The translations under genes were made by a program, and so were the position numbers. The notes under the pieces were generated by a model. It had not been told where the DNA came from. It was given only the letters and a program-made list of their open reading frames with translations, and ran no database searches. Source: Candidatus Doudnabacteria bacterium (GTDB lineage Bacteria > Patescibacteriota > Doudnabacteria > UBA920 > O2-02-FULL-48-8). From it: 64,000 bases of DNA. Shown piece by piece: positions 1 through 9,950 of this stretch. The number at the start of each line of letters is the position of its first letter. Within the stretch, counting starts at the first letter, position 1. Location of the stretch: contig JBBCGO010000001.1 in NCBI GenBank assembly GCA_037200925.1, positions 696,235-760,234 of the forward strand, given 5' to 3'.

Positions 1-487
1 TGTTGGGCTTGATAGGCAACAGGTAGGTGACGCTACCGATGACACTGTCGAGGTAGGTCGGTTTCTCGAACTTCTTGCCGTTGACGATCAACTGTACAGG
101 AAGGTCGAGTACGGGTTGGGTTCCGCGGGCGATAAACACTTCAGCTATTAGTAGTGTCTTATCGGCTGCGAGTCGGGGTTTCCCCCACCAGACCCGTAAG
201 GGCTTCGTGTCCGGCATCGGCGCAACAGGCGCCGGCGCCGGAATTGGTGCGGCGATCGGTGTAGTCGGTGCAGCAGCGATCACTCGTGCATTGTCTGTGT
301 GCGGGCCTTTCGGCCGGTCGATCGAGTCGTACTCAACTCGCGTTCCGATGATCTTCATCTCAGGAGGAGTATGTCCTCTGATGCTGAAGTGAACGTCGGC
401 TAAGCCGTCAGATGAACCGCCGTCGGGTCGAATAAACCCGTCGTGGCCACCTGAAGAGAATCGATTGACCGTTCCTGTACTACTCAT
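1..487 (-). CDS. hypothetical protein; N-terminal part in window, continues past window edge at position 1
   Basis: Minus-strand ATG (complement of 485-487) preceded by GGAGG SD with 4-nt spacer. Reading frame stays open to position 1. Pro/Ala-rich linker. The listed + ORF 75..392 is its antisense. Confidence 0.35.
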   Translation of the reverse strand, partial: MSSTGTVNRFSSGGHDGFIRPDGGSSDGLADVHFSIRGHTPPEMKIIGTRVEYDSIDRPKGPHTDNARVIAAAPTTPIAAPIPAPAPVAPMPDTKPLRVWWGKPRLAADKTLLIAEVFIARGTQPVLDLPVQLIVNGKKFEKPTYLDSVIGSVTYLLPIKPN

Positions 488-824
488 TGTGCCTCCGGGC
501 CCACTCACGCAATGCGCTGAGGAGCTGATGCTGATGTTGACGAACTGAACTGATGAACTGTTGATGTTGTTGTTAAAGCCGCCTTTTTATAGGCGACGAT
601 ATAGAGATATTCTGTTTTCAAGGAGCTTCCGGCGCCTCATCTGAGGTACCGGAATCACCATGGAGGTGATTAAGTATGTTAGCATAAATGAGGTGTTTTG
701 TCAATAGTATAAATCAAAAAGCCCAATATAAAGGCGTGAGTTAGTTATAGTATAAATTCTGTTAGAAAGTGATTATACCATAAATTGGTAATATATGTCA
801 AATAGACGAATTAGTGACTTTAAT

Positions 825-866
825 TAAAAAAAGAGCCGTTCAGATGCTTTCGCAATCTGACGACTC
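825..866 (-). terminator. intrinsic terminator downstream of kinase gene
   Basis: Imperfect hairpin (gtcagat...atctgac / gagtcg..cggctc) followed by T-run on the minus strand, directly 3' of the kinase stop at 903. Confidence 0.4.
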
Positions 867-902
867 TACATACTTATAGACAAACCTCCTTTGAGTTTGC
901 TG

Positions 903-2690
903 CTATCGCCCGACAAGATGGGCGATAAGGAAGATCAACCACGAACCGATAACGATCGTGGATAATCTTGGATAGACGGCCCATCTCCATGACTGAGGTA
1001 ATTTCCCGCGTCGCGAAAGATTAGCCGCACGCCCGGAAACGAATGCCAACCAGAAAGGCAAGGTCGCAAGCCACGGATTTTTTAACGCGACGCCGACGAG
1101 ACCCGTGATTGTGAATACCACCGCGAACAGCACGTACAGATTAGTTGTTGCTGTCGCGGAGCTGGACGAACCCGCGTGACCTTTGAACCACTGACCGGCT
1201 TTGTGTGCTTTCTGGTTGAACGAACCGGCATGATTTTTTAACCACACACCGGCTTGCTGCGCTTTCTGGCTTGCGGCGTGCGTGCGCGGCCGATTGACTC
1301 TGACCGTTTCGTCGTGGATCGGCCTTCCCGTGGTTTCTTCCACAACGATGCGCAGCCGCCGTTCCACGACTGTGATCGGCACGCGAGTGTCGATCTGATC
1401 AAGATGGAAATAACCCGTCGCATCGGTGAGCACTCGGCTGACACCGGTCGGATGTCCGCCGCCGCTGTCCACGATGTCCGCCACGACAACGTTGACGGCA
1501 GGTACCGGCTGGTTGCGGCTGAATCGGTGAACTTCAATGACCTTGCCCATGAGATCCCTCTGGTACTCGGTACCGTTGGGCATGACCACGGTCGGTGTTT
1601 TTCCCCAAACGATCTTGTATCGACCCGCCAGTTGGGGAACGGGAGCGGCAACTGTAGGTGTTGCAACAGGCACAGGTGCGGGTTTGGTGACAGGCCGGAG
1701 ATGGACAGGCAGAGGTTGGTGCGCTTCGTGAACGCGAACCAGTTCCAGCCGGAGTTCTTCCGCCGACTGGTATCGTCCGGCGGGATTTTCATCCGTTCCC
1801 TTGATGAGGACCGCCTGCAGCTCCACGTCCTGAACGAACGTGCGAATAGCATGCAGCTGGTCGGGCCGGGTGTCCGGGAAGTCCTTGGCGTTGGCAATCA
1901 GTGCCCAGAGAGAAGCGCACAAGCTCCCGATGTCTGTGGAGGCAGAGATCGGTTTTCCTTTCTGCAACTGCTCCGGCATGGCAAACGCCGGGCTTCCCGC
2001 TCGGGTGCCGCCCCGACCCATAGTGGCGGCGGAGAAGGATTCGAATCGAGAAATGCCGAAGTCCAGAAGACAGGCTGTGTTGCTTGTGCGAAGGACGTGG
2101 AGATTGGCAGGTTTGATGTCCCGGTGGATGACCGGTTTGGCGATGCCCATCTCGACATAGCCGTGCAGGTAGTCTCGAAGAATAATGCAGATCTCGATAC
2201 CATACGGCAAGACTTGCAGGAACGGGATGGAGCCGACGCGGTCTTGGATCTTGTCCAGATCCTCGCCGGGCATGAACTCCATGGCCATGAGCAGCCGTCC
2301 ATGAGCGCGGAACGCTCCTTCGCCGATGGGGAACGGAGCGAATACTGGAGGATTGGCCACAAGTTGATGGCCAAGCCGTTCCTGGATATGCGCTTCACGT
2401 TCAAACATGGCTTCCAGTTTGCGCTGAACCTTCGGATTGCCGCTGGGCAGCATTTCCTTCACGGCGCGCTGGTCGCCACTGCGATTGGTCGTCAGGTATG
2501 TCGTGGCCATACCGCCCCAGCCAAGCACTCTGATAACAGTGTACTCGTCTGTTGCCGCGGGTAGGGCCGTTCCTGCGATCAACGCCGCGGGTGGCTGGGG
2601 ATCGAGATTGCTGCAGGCCGGATTGATGCAGAGGGTTGCTGCCTCTGGATAATCACGGCTGCATTTCGGGCATCTTCGTTGGATAGGCAT
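903..2690 (-). CDS. Ser/Thr protein kinase with N-terminal zinc ribbon and C-terminal membrane anchor
   Basis: Hanks kinase motifs: HRDIKPANLHV catalytic loop and DFGIS. N-terminal CPKCS...C..PAC zinc ribbon. Pro-rich linker, a CarboxypepD_reg-like beta domain (VDSGGGHPTGVSRVLTDATGYF) and three predicted C-terminal TM helices. Confidence 0.85.
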   Translation of the reverse strand: MPIQRRCPKCSRDYPEAATLCINPACSNLDPQPPAALIAGTALPAATDEYTVIRVLGWGGMATTYLTTNRSGDQRAVKEMLPSGNPKVQRKLEAMFEREAHIQERLGHQLVANPPVFAPFPIGEGAFRAHGRLLMAMEFMPGEDLDKIQDRVGSIPFLQVLPYGIEICIILRDYLHGYVEMGIAKPVIHRDIKPANLHVLRTSNTACLLDFGISRFESFSAATMGRGGTRAGSPAFAMPEQLQKGKPISASTDIGSLCASLWALIANAKDFPDTRPDQLHAIRTFVQDVELQAVLIKGTDENPAGRYQSAEELRLELVRVHEAHQPLPVHLRPVTKPAPVPVATPTVAAPVPQLAGRYKIVWGKTPTVVMPNGTEYQRDLMGKVIEVHRFSRNQPVPAVNVVVADIVDSGGGHPTGVSRVLTDATGYFHLDQIDTRVPITVVERRLRIVVEETTGRPIHDETVRVNRPRTHAASQKAQQAGVWLKNHAGSFNQKAHKAGQWFKGHAGSSSSATATTNLYVLFAVVFTITGLVGVALKNPWLATLPFWLAFVSGRAANLSRRGKLPQSWRWAVYPRLSTIVIGSWLIFLIAHLVGR

Positions 2691-2886
2691 ATCGGCTCTC
2701 CTCTTGCGAAACGAGTTGATGTTGATCGCCTTGCGGCGAGATGTAAATTCGAAAGAACAATTGGTCTTACTGAGACCATCGTGGAATCAATCAGCTTAAA
2801 TCCATAATGCTCGCAGTAAAAAGAGATGGGAGAGAGCAAGGACATCATGTCCATGAACTCTCTCCCTAACTTGCTTGAACGAATAG

Positions 2887-3375
2887 CTACTTGATGGGGA
2901 ACCTTGCGGTCTTGCCGGCGGTCACCGCGACATTGGCACCGCGCGGAATTTCCACCGAGTCCATCGGCTTGTACCGGACTGTGGTGATGAGTGAGAAGCC
3001 GTTGCCGCCGCCGCCGGTCGCGAACATCTTGCCGTCGCGGGCAAAGATCTTCACCGGCGTGCGCGACACGGTTTCGTCGTCGCTCTTGAACGTGACCGTC
3101 TCGTCGGTGTCGGTGTGCGCGATGGTGAACTCGTCACCCTCGCGCATCTCGATGCGGCGTGCGTCCGGCAGAACGATGGTGCCGACCACCGGACCTTTGA
3201 CGTCTGTGGGGACGCTCACGCTCGGCATATCCGGCATGGCCGGCGGCGCTTCGTTGACTGCCACAGCGTCGGTCGTTTGAGAGGAGGAACCGGCTTCCGT
3301 TGTCAGATCCTCGCTGCCGCAGTCCGGACAGGAGGTGGCGGTAAAGCCGATGTTTCCGCATGCGTTACACTTCAT
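2887..3375 (-). CDS. FHA-domain protein with N-terminal zinc ribbon
   Basis: Start moved to MKCNACGN (ATG complement of 3373-3375, GGAGA SD), which removes the overlap with the upstream vWA gene. CxxC...CxxC ribbon. C-terminal FHA-like segment (ETVSRTPVKIFARDGKMFATGGGGNGF). Confidence 0.55.
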   Translation of the reverse strand: MKCNACGNIGFTATSCPDCGSEDLTTEAGSSSQTTDAVAVNEAPPAMPDMPSVSVPTDVKGPVVGTIVLPDARRIEMREGDEFTIAHTDTDETVTFKSDDETVSRTPVKIFARDGKMFATGGGGNGFSLITTVRYKPMDSVEIPRGANVAVTAGKTARFPIK

Positions 3376-3439
3376 GTGATTGTCTCCATAGAAGGTGAGT
3401 CGATCCCGGCTGCTTTTTGTGGCAGCCGGGTAGGATGAT

Positions 3440-4759
3440 CTAGTCGTCGTCGGTGAAGACTTGAGTGGCGCGTCCGGCTTTCTTGGCCGTTGCTGAGCCG
3501 CCCTTGGTCGCAGACTCCTGGCGCAGCTGGTCAAGATCCGTGAGGGATCCCGCCAGATCAGCGTCGTCGGCGAACACCTGGGTTGCGCGCTTCACTCTTT
3601 CCGCGGCCTTGCCGAGGATGTCCTGTTGCGCTTTGGCGTCCGTGGTCCTGCTGGCCTGATCGAGAGCGCGCGCCGCGTCGGCCTGCGCTGCGATCTTTTC
3701 CACGTAGGAGTTGACCTTGCCGCCGGTGACCTTCGCGAATCTCTGTCGCATCTCATCGCTTGCCAGCTCGATCGGGTCATTGATGCCCATGCCTGAGCAG
3801 GCGCCGAACACCGCGAGTTTGCCGAAAGTGCGTTCCTGGCTATCAACGTTGTCCGGGAACTTCGGCATCTGGGTGACGAATTGCACGAACACGTCGAGTC
3901 GGTCACCGGGACCGATCTCGCCGAGTTGCACGGTTGCCGGTGTGTTGGAACCGGCCACGTAGTTGCGCTTGCCGTTCTTCCAGACAAATTCGCAGTGCGC
4001 CACCTCCTGGACCAGGCCGATGGGAGTGAACTCCAACCGGGCATTGGTGACCGAGGCGTGAATCGCCTTGCGGAGCGAGCCTGCGAAGAACTTGCCGACC
4101 TCGAACGATGACGAGCAGGGTTTGAAGTTCGCCCCGCCCGACATTTCTTTGAGGCGCATTTCATCGTCCGCCGAGAGGTTGTCCGCGACACTGGCCGTGT
4201 AGATGACTATGCCGCCGTCGCGGATCTCGGTCGACATGGGGCGCGGGTCTTCGAAGTGCGCTTCGTGCGCGCCGTCGCTGATGAAAGCGATGGCGCGCGT
4301 CATTCCCGCGATCTTCCCCAGCTCGCGCCTGGCCGTGTCCAGCCCGACGTTGTAGTTGGTGCCTCCCTGCGGGTAGACATCGTCTTCGATCGCGCTGAGT
4401 GCGGCTTCCTTGCCGTCCGTATTGCACAAGGTGAAAGGCAATGCCATCTTCGCATCTCGGTGGAAGGTGATGATGGCAACCTGGTCGCCGTCGCGGAGCA
4501 GGTCAATGACCTGCTTGGCAGCGCTTTTGATGGCCTTGTAGATCTGATTGTCGCTGCCGCCATCAGAGCTGATGGGGTTGTCGGTCGAGTTGGAGACGTC
4601 GAGGACGAGGGCGAGTGCGACGTTGCCGTCGTTTTCACCTTCACTGCTTTCCGGCATCCTGATGCTGATGCAGGTTTTCACCGTCGGTACGAGCGCGGGA
4701 TTCATCTTCATCTGCACTGAGTGTGTCAGGCAGGAAAGACTGAGATTCGGTCTCTTCAT
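3440..4759 (-). CDS. von Willebrand factor A (vWA) domain protein, TerY-like
   Basis: MIDAS motif LVLDVSNST. vWA fold signatures (GGTNYNVGLDTAR, IAFISDG). Start chosen at MKRPNLS (GGAGC SD, 8-nt spacer); the upstream ORF-track start would overlap PP2C by about 300 nt. Confidence 0.75.
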   Translation of the reverse strand: MKRPNLSLSCLTHSVQMKMNPALVPTVKTCISIRMPESSEGENDGNVALALVLDVSNSTDNPISSDGGSDNQIYKAIKSAAKQVIDLLRDGDQVAIITFHRDAKMALPFTLCNTDGKEAALSAIEDDVYPQGGTNYNVGLDTARRELGKIAGMTRAIAFISDGAHEAHFEDPRPMSTEIRDGGIVIYTASVADNLSADDEMRLKEMSGGANFKPCSSSFEVGKFFAGSLRKAIHASVTNARLEFTPIGLVQEVAHCEFVWKNGKRNYVAGSNTPATVQLGEIGPGDRLDVFVQFVTQMPKFPDNVDSQERTFGKLAVFGACSGMGINDPIELASDEMRQRFAKVTGGKVNSYVEKIAAQADAARALDQASRTTDAKAQQDILGKAAERVKRATQVFADDADLAGSLTDLDQLRQESATKGGSATAKKAGRATQVFTDDD

Positions 4760-5837
4760 GATCGTAAGCTCCTTCGACGAAGGTTGAACGGATGGTTGTG
4801 ATCGCGGCGAAAACATTGTCGTCGCCCGGCGTGATCGGCGGGTCTTTCTCGGGCTCAAGAACCTGGCCGTATGGCAATTGGACGTTGACGGCTTGGTCGA
4901 GAAGCTGGCTGACAGCGTGTTCTGGTTCGGCTTCACCCCGTGCGATACCTGCGATGGCGTCCGGACTGAGCATGTTCGTCAGTCCATCCGAGCAGTGCAG
5001 AATATGTACATAAGGAGTCTCCTGATCGAGTTGGAACTCGCGGAGGATAACTTGGCCGTTGGCTTGCGGACTTTGTCCGACCCAGCGGGTAAGAGATCCT
5101 TTATGCGGTCCTTCAGCCCAGGCATCGTCAGTGTTGAGCTTTTCCACCTTGTCCTCAGTTATGAGGAACAGGGCGGGGTCGCCGACGCAGTAGCCGTGCA
5201 TGATGCCGCGTCCTTTTTTGAGATCGCAGATCAGAACACTGGCTGTCCATGTGGCACCGAAGACTTTCGCCGGCCGCTGATGCTTGTCAATTCCGACCTC
5301 CTGTACGCCGAAGCTGTAGACGCACCCCGTCACCCAGTTGATGCTGGGGAAAAAATAAGTCTTCACCTTTTCGTTCAGAAGCTGCCAGAATTGGTCGCGG
5401 TCGACGAATTTGTCTTCTTGGTCGAACGCCGGGAGGCGCACGCCCATTGCCGCGAGAAAGAGATGGACCGTGGTGGCGGCCCAGCGTTCTCCGCCCGTAC
5501 CGCCGCCGATGCCGTCGGCACCGGTTTGCAGAATGACGCAGTAGCCGTGAAGCGGATAGTCGACCCTGCTGATCGCGCAATAGTCTTGGTTGTTTTCCTT
5601 GACCTTGCCGATCACGTGGTCGCAGCCCGTGGCCACTTTCATCCGGTCGTTGAGCGAAATCCCAGCCGGAAGTTCCGGCTGGTGCTCCGGCTCGTCGATG
5701 AGTGTGTTGCCGATCAGGTCCTCTTGTTGCGGGGGACCGTTACCGATTGCAGGAGGCGGGTTTGTGAGAGGTGCACCGCACGTCCCACAATAGTCCCGTC
5801 CTTCGGCAACAGGTTCGTTGCATTCCGGGCAAGTCAT
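4641..5837 (-). CDS. PP2C-family Ser/Thr protein phosphatase with N-terminal zinc ribbon
   Basis: MTCPECN...CGTCG ribbon. PP2C motifs (GCDHVIGKVKENNQD, ILQTGADGIGGGTGGE, HCSDGLTNML). Confidence 0.8.
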   Translation of the reverse strand: MTCPECNEPVAEGRDYCGTCGAPLTNPPPAIGNGPPQQEDLIGNTLIDEPEHQPELPAGISLNDRMKVATGCDHVIGKVKENNQDYCAISRVDYPLHGYCVILQTGADGIGGGTGGERWAATTVHLFLAAMGVRLPAFDQEDKFVDRDQFWQLLNEKVKTYFFPSINWVTGCVYSFGVQEVGIDKHQRPAKVFGATWTASVLICDLKKGRGIMHGYCVGDPALFLITEDKVEKLNTDDAWAEGPHKGSLTRWVGQSPQANGQVILREFQLDQETPYVHILHCSDGLTNMLSPDAIAGIARGEAEPEHAVSQLLDQAVNVQLPYGQVLEPEKDPPITPGDDNVFAAITTIRSTFVEGAYDHEETESQSFLPDTLSADEDESRARTDGENLHQHQDAGKQ

Positions 5838-6047
5838 CCTTGTGGTTCCTTTCGAGGAAACGGTTGTGTATGTGGAAAGACCGGAATCGGTCTGTAAATA
5901 AGTAGCTATTCAAGTTGTAAAGAACAGGCCTCCTTAAACAAAAACGGCAAGAGATTATCTTGCCGAAAAGCTTACCGAAACAGTTCCTGTAGGCTATTCG
6001 GAAAGACAAAAAAATGAACAGGGATTTATTATTAAAGTAACTTTAAA

Positions 6048-6075
6048 GATTATCACTTTCGGGTCATTTTGTCAA
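6048..6075 (-). promoter_or_regulatory. candidate sigma70-type promoter for the PP2C-vWA-FHA-kinase operon
   Basis: On the minus strand: TTGACA (rc of 6070-6075), 16-nt spacer, ATAATC (rc of 6048-6053). About 200 nt upstream of the PP2C start. Confidence 0.3.
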
Positions 6076-6252
6076 GACATTCAATAAAAGACCTATTTTT
6101 TAGAGGGTTTTTTGACATCAGAAAAATTGATTGCGCCATATAATATAAGTATTGTCAAATTTACTTTGAGGGGTTTATTAATTTAAGAAATAAAAAAAGA
6201 GGAGATCAGAGGATCCCCTCAAGGAAATGAAGCAGGGCTAAGGCCCGGCGAT

Positions 6253-6843
6253 TTACTTGCGCAAGCGTACTTCAGCTGTCCCACCATCCTCTAGCTGAAA
6301 TACTATCTTCGTCATCAAGCCGGGAAAATCGACATATAGCATATAGTTTCCCGGCGAGTTCGATGAGAAGTTTGTTACCGGAATGAGAGTGCCTTCGATT
6401 CGTTGCTTGAATACGATCGAAATGTCTGAAACTGCTATAAACGGAAGATCAGCCGCCTTCCCATTGACCGTAGTTGCCACAGTCACCAAGAACAGGCCTG
6501 TGACAGGATCTTGGTCTCTCGGTGGATTGACTACCTTGATCGCAAGAGTCTGTTTTTCAGGGATTGTTTCAGCAACAGGGCGTGCCGGGGAAGGTGACGA
6601 TGAGGATGAGGCCTGCGATCGAGTCTGCCCGGAATGGTTCAGATTGATACCATCCGTCATGATCTTGACTGCCTCTTTCCAAGTTTCCAGCGCGTGGTAG
6701 TAGGCTTCACGCTGTTCTCGAAGATCACTAGAGTTCCATCTGATCTGAAAATCTTCAGGTTTCGGCATCGGGGGAAAGTCGACTGTGACTATCGGTGTAG
6801 AAACAACGTGCGAAGTGCTCACAGGTGCTTGTTCAGATTTCAT
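6253..6843 (-). CDS. hypothetical protein
   Basis: 196-aa ORF with Ser-rich linker. No recognisable motif. Has its own promoter and a T-run after a GAGGATCCTC-type hairpin. Confidence 0.5.
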   Translation of the reverse strand: MKSEQAPVSTSHVVSTPIVTVDFPPMPKPEDFQIRWNSSDLREQREAYYHALETWKEAVKIMTDGINLNHSGQTRSQASSSSSPSPARPVAETIPEKQTLAIKVVNPPRDQDPVTGLFLVTVATTVNGKAADLPFIAVSDISIVFKQRIEGTLIPVTNFSSNSPGNYMLYVDFPGLMTKIVFQLEDGGTAEVRLRK

Positions 6844-6900
6844 GACCCTCCTTAGGTTTTCTAATAACTGCCTTCAAAAAACGTAAATGTGCAGTATGCT

Positions 6901-6929
6901 AGTATAGTTTAATGTTGGTTCAATGTCAA
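6901..6929 (-). promoter_or_regulatory. candidate promoter for the 6253..6843 gene
   Basis: Minus strand: TTGACA (rc 6924-6929), 17 nt, TATACT (rc 6901-6906). Confidence 0.3.
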
Positions 6930-6986
6930 TAGTTTACCGTTTCACTATTCAACGGCCTTTGTTATAATAAATAAGTTGGTTGATAC

Positions 6987-7073
6987 GCCGACGTGGCGAA
7001 ACTGGCAGACGCACTGGGTTTAGGACCCAGCGCTCGCAAGAGCATGTCGGTTCGAATCCGACCGTCGGCACCA
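6987..7073 (+). tRNA. tRNA-Leu (anticodon TAG), type II with long variable arm
   Basis: Acceptor gccgacg/cgtcggc plus A-CCA. Anticodon stem ctggg/cccag with loop tt-TAG-ga. Long variable arm. T-loop ttcgaatcc. Preceded by an extended -10 TGTTATAAT at 6961-6969. Confidence 0.85.
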
Positions 7074-7095
7074 AAAAATTCATTGGTTTGCAAGA

Positions 7096-7124
7096 TTGAC
7101 ATATTGAGCTGTTTCATGTAAAAT
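7096..7124 (+). promoter_or_regulatory. sigma70-type promoter of ftsH (possibly leaderless transcript)
   Basis: TTGACA (7096-7101), 17 nt, TAAAAT (7119-7124). The -10 ends only 9 nt before the ftsH ATG at 7134. Confidence 0.4.
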
Positions 7125-7133
7125 TCATAAGCT

Positions 7134-9020
7134 ATGAACAAATTTTTTCGCAACCTGCTTATAATTCTCGCCATATTCCTGGTCATTGCCGGCGCCTTTA
7201 CGCTTTTCAACAATGACAATGCCAATGTCAGTCAAGTGACACTGGGCAAAGTTGCTGATGAGGTTAGCGCCGGACAGATTAATAAAATTGAGGTTTCCGA
7301 CAACGAGGTTGATCTGACGGTTTATCTTAAAGATGGAACCAAACAAATATCCACTAAAGAAAAATCCTCTGTTCTTTCAGACACATTAAAAAATACATAC
7401 GCGGTTGATAATTCTAAGATCAAGGACGCGAACATTGAACCGCTCTCAGGTTCAACTTCTATTCTTCAGTCAACCATTCTGCCGTTTGCGCTTCCGTTCC
7501 TTTTGATCGGGGCTTTCATCTGGTTTCTTATGCGCCAAGTCCAAGGATCAAACAATCGCGCAATGTCATTCGGCCAATCGGGCGCTAAGCTCCTTGAACA
7601 GTCAGACCGAAGAAAGCGCGTGACTTTTGCCGATGTGGCCGGGATCAAGGAAGCGAAAGAAGAATTGAAGGAAGTTGTGGAGTTTTTGCGTTTTCCGCAG
7701 AAATTTTTCTCGCTTGGCGCGCGCATTCCCAAAGGCGTATTGCTGCTGGGGCCTCCCGGAGTCGGCAAGACCCTGGTCGCCCGCGCCGTGGCCGGGGAAG
7801 CCAATGTGCCTTTTTTCCATATTTCCGGTTCGGAGTTTGTGGAGATGTTCGTGGGAGTTGGCGCTTCCCGCGTGCGCGATTTATTTAAGAAAGCCAAACG
7901 GAATGCTCCGTGCATTGTGTTTATAGATGAGATAGATGCTGTGGGAAGGCAAAGAGGAGCGGGTTTGGGCGGCTCACATGACGAGCGTGAGCAGACCTTA
8001 AATCAGATCCTGGTGGAGATGGACGGTTTTGAAAATGAGACCAATGTCATTGTGATCGCTGCGACCAACCGGCCGGATGTTTTAGACCCCGCTCTGCTTC
8101 GTCCCGGCAGATTCGACCGGCAGGTGGTTTTGGACCCGCCGGATATCAATGACCGGGAAGCTATTTTGAAAGTGCATTCTATCGGCAAACCGTTGGCTAA
8201 AGAGGTCAATTTGCGGGCAATTGCCGAACGCACCCCCGGATTTTCCGGCGCTGATTTGTCCAACCTGATAAATGAAGGGGCGATTTTGGCGGCTCGGCGA
8301 AACCTAAAAGTGGTCGGACAAAATGAATTGATCGAAGCCATAGAGAAAGTTATGCTCGGACCGGAGCGCAAAAGCCATTTGCTGTCTAAGAAAGAAAAAG
8401 AGATCGCGGCCTGGCATGAGGCCGGCCATGCTCTGGTGGCTACGGTCATGCCGCACGCCGACCCGGTGCATAAGGTTTCCATAGTATCCCGCGGCAGGGC
8501 GGCAGGCTATACCATGAAGCTGCCGAGCGAGGATAAGAACTTGCATTCCAAATCTGAATTTCTGGCAGACTTGGCCGTGTCATTGGGCGGCTATGCCACA
8601 GAGAAAATGATCTTTGATGAACTGACCACAGGCGCTTCCAATGATCTGCGCGTGGCCACAGGCCTTGCCCGCAAACTTGTGACCAGTTACGGCATGTCGG
8701 AAACTCTGGGTCCCATGACCTTTGGCGACACACACGAGATGATATTTTTGGGCCGCGAGATTTCCGAGCAGAAGAATTATTCGGAGAAAGTTGCCGCCAA
8801 GATCGACGAAGAAGTCTCCGGTTTCATTGAACGGGCATACCGCACTGCTGCGGACGTTATCAAAAAATACCGCAAGCAGCTGACCTTGATCGCTAATGAA
8901 CTCATCGAGAAAGAGACAATAGAGCGCGCAGAGTTTGAGAACCTCGTCGCCGATATCATTCCCCAGGAAAAGTTAAACAAGAATATTGCGACCGGGGGGC
9001 TGTCATCAGTTCCGGTCTAG
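7134..9020 (+). CDS. ftsH: ATP-dependent zinc metalloprotease FtsH
   Basis: N-terminal TM helix. Walker [12 protein letters not shown] region. HEAGHAL zinc-binding motif. Confidence 0.95.
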   Translation: MNKFFRNLLIILAIFLVIAGAFTLFNNDNANVSQVTLGKVADEVSAGQINKIEVSDNEVDLTVYLKDGTKQISTKEKSSVLSDTLKNTYAVDNSKIKDANIEPLSGSTSILQSTILPFALPFLLIGAFIWFLMRQVQGSNNRAMSFGQSGAKLLEQSDRRKRVTFADVAGIKEAKEELKEVVEFLRFPQKFFSLGARIPKGVLLLGPPGVGKTLVARAVAGEANVPFFHISGSEFVEMFVGVGASRVRDLFKKAKRNAPCIVFIDEIDAVGRQRGAGLGGSHDEREQTLNQILVEMDGFENETNVIVIAATNRPDVLDPALLRPGRFDRQVVLDPPDINDREAILKVHSIGKPLAKEVNLRAIAERTPGFSGADLSNLINEGAILAARRNLKVVGQNELIEAIEKVMLGPERKSHLLSKKEKEIAAWHEAGHALVATVMPHADPVHKVSIVSRGRAAGYTMKLPSEDKNLHSKSEFLADLAVSLGGYATEKMIFDELTTGASNDLRVATGLARKLVTSYGMSETLGPMTFGDTHEMIFLGREISEQKNYSEKVAAKIDEEVSGFIERAYRTAADVIKKYRKQLTLIANELIEKETIERAEFENLVADIIPQEKLNKNIATGGLSSVPV

Positions 9021-9022
9021 AG

Positions 9023-9934
9023 ATGATCTTACCGTACCGCAAAATATTCAAACAGGCTTATGAGATCGTTTGGAACAACAAGTTCTTATGGATCTTCGGC
9101 CTGTTTTTGCTGTTCGGGAATTTTTTTAATTTCAACTATGTTTTTCAAAGCCAAGGCACTAACTCCGGTGATCTTTCATGGTTTCAAAACCATGCTTTTT
9201 TGGGAAATCTGACTTTGCTTATCGTCCTGGGCGTGATCTTGGAATTGATCCTTTTGCTGTTCAAGGCCCGGGCAGGCAATATCATTGCGGTGAAAGCGAT
9301 TATTGACAGGCAGGAAACCTCTTTTGTCAAAAGTTTTAATTATGGCGGGCTTTTTCATTTGCGTTTGCTTGGAGTTTTTTTGCTGATGCAAATAGCTTTG
9401 TTTCTGGCATTAGTTGTTATCGGCGGGCCTATATTTTACCTATTTTCTCTCAAATTCTTTATCCGAGCTCTGATACTTTCAGCAATTGGTTTGATTATTT
9501 TTATTCCGATTTCCGTTATTGCGGCCTTGATCAGCTTTCTTGCTCCGATGTTTGTCGTATTGCATGATTTCAAAATAGGCGAGGCGATCCAACGCAGTTT
9601 TGAACTTGTCAGTCAGTTTTGGTTCACTCTTCTGGTCTTCAGTTTTATGTTGTTCTGCTTGGCTGTTTTGGCTTTTTTAGCAAGCCTAATAGCCGCTGCG
9701 ATCACGGCTTTGCCATTTGTTCTTTTGGCATATTTGGCTTATCATAAAGTAGGTTTCGGTGCCGGAGTCGCTTTGACGATCGTTTCTGTAACTGCCGGTT
9801 CAATTGTTTTTTTAATTATCCAGGCTCTGGTTGCAACCTTTGCGCAAACCGCCTGGGTTCTGGCTTTCCTCGAGCTGATCAAACCGCAGAAATTGGAGGA
9901 AGAGGAGTCTCTGCCAGTGCCGGAAATTGTTTGA
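9023..9934 (+). CDS. polytopic membrane protein, unknown function
   Basis: 303 aa with at least 6 hydrophobic helices. No catalytic motif recognised. Confidence 0.55.
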   Translation: MILPYRKIFKQAYEIVWNNKFLWIFGLFLLFGNFFNFNYVFQSQGTNSGDLSWFQNHAFLGNLTLLIVLGVILELILLLFKARAGNIIAVKAIIDRQETSFVKSFNYGGLFHLRLLGVFLLMQIALFLALVVIGGPIFYLFSLKFFIRALILSAIGLIIFIPISVIAALISFLAPMFVVLHDFKIGEAIQRSFELVSQFWFTLLVFSFMLFCLAVLAFLASLIAAAITALPFVLLAYLAYHKVGFGAGVALTIVSVTAGSIVFLIIQALVATFAQTAWVLAFLELIKPQKLEEEESLPVPEIV

Positions 9935-9950
9935 TAATTGATATAATTAC

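Noticed and set aside
75-392. Plus-strand 105-aa ORF (Gly/Ala-rich)
   Set aside because: Antisense of a better-supported minus-strand ORF that has an SD-preceded ATG at 487 and a Pro/Ala-rich product. Its Gly/Ala runs are the complement of that Pro/Ala linker.
1238-2564. Several long ORFs (219 aa, 436 aa, 168 aa) overlapping the kinase gene in other frames or on the other strand
   Set aside because: They have no motifs and sit fully inside the motif-rich kinase ORF. They are typical GC-rich antisense/alternate-frame artefacts.
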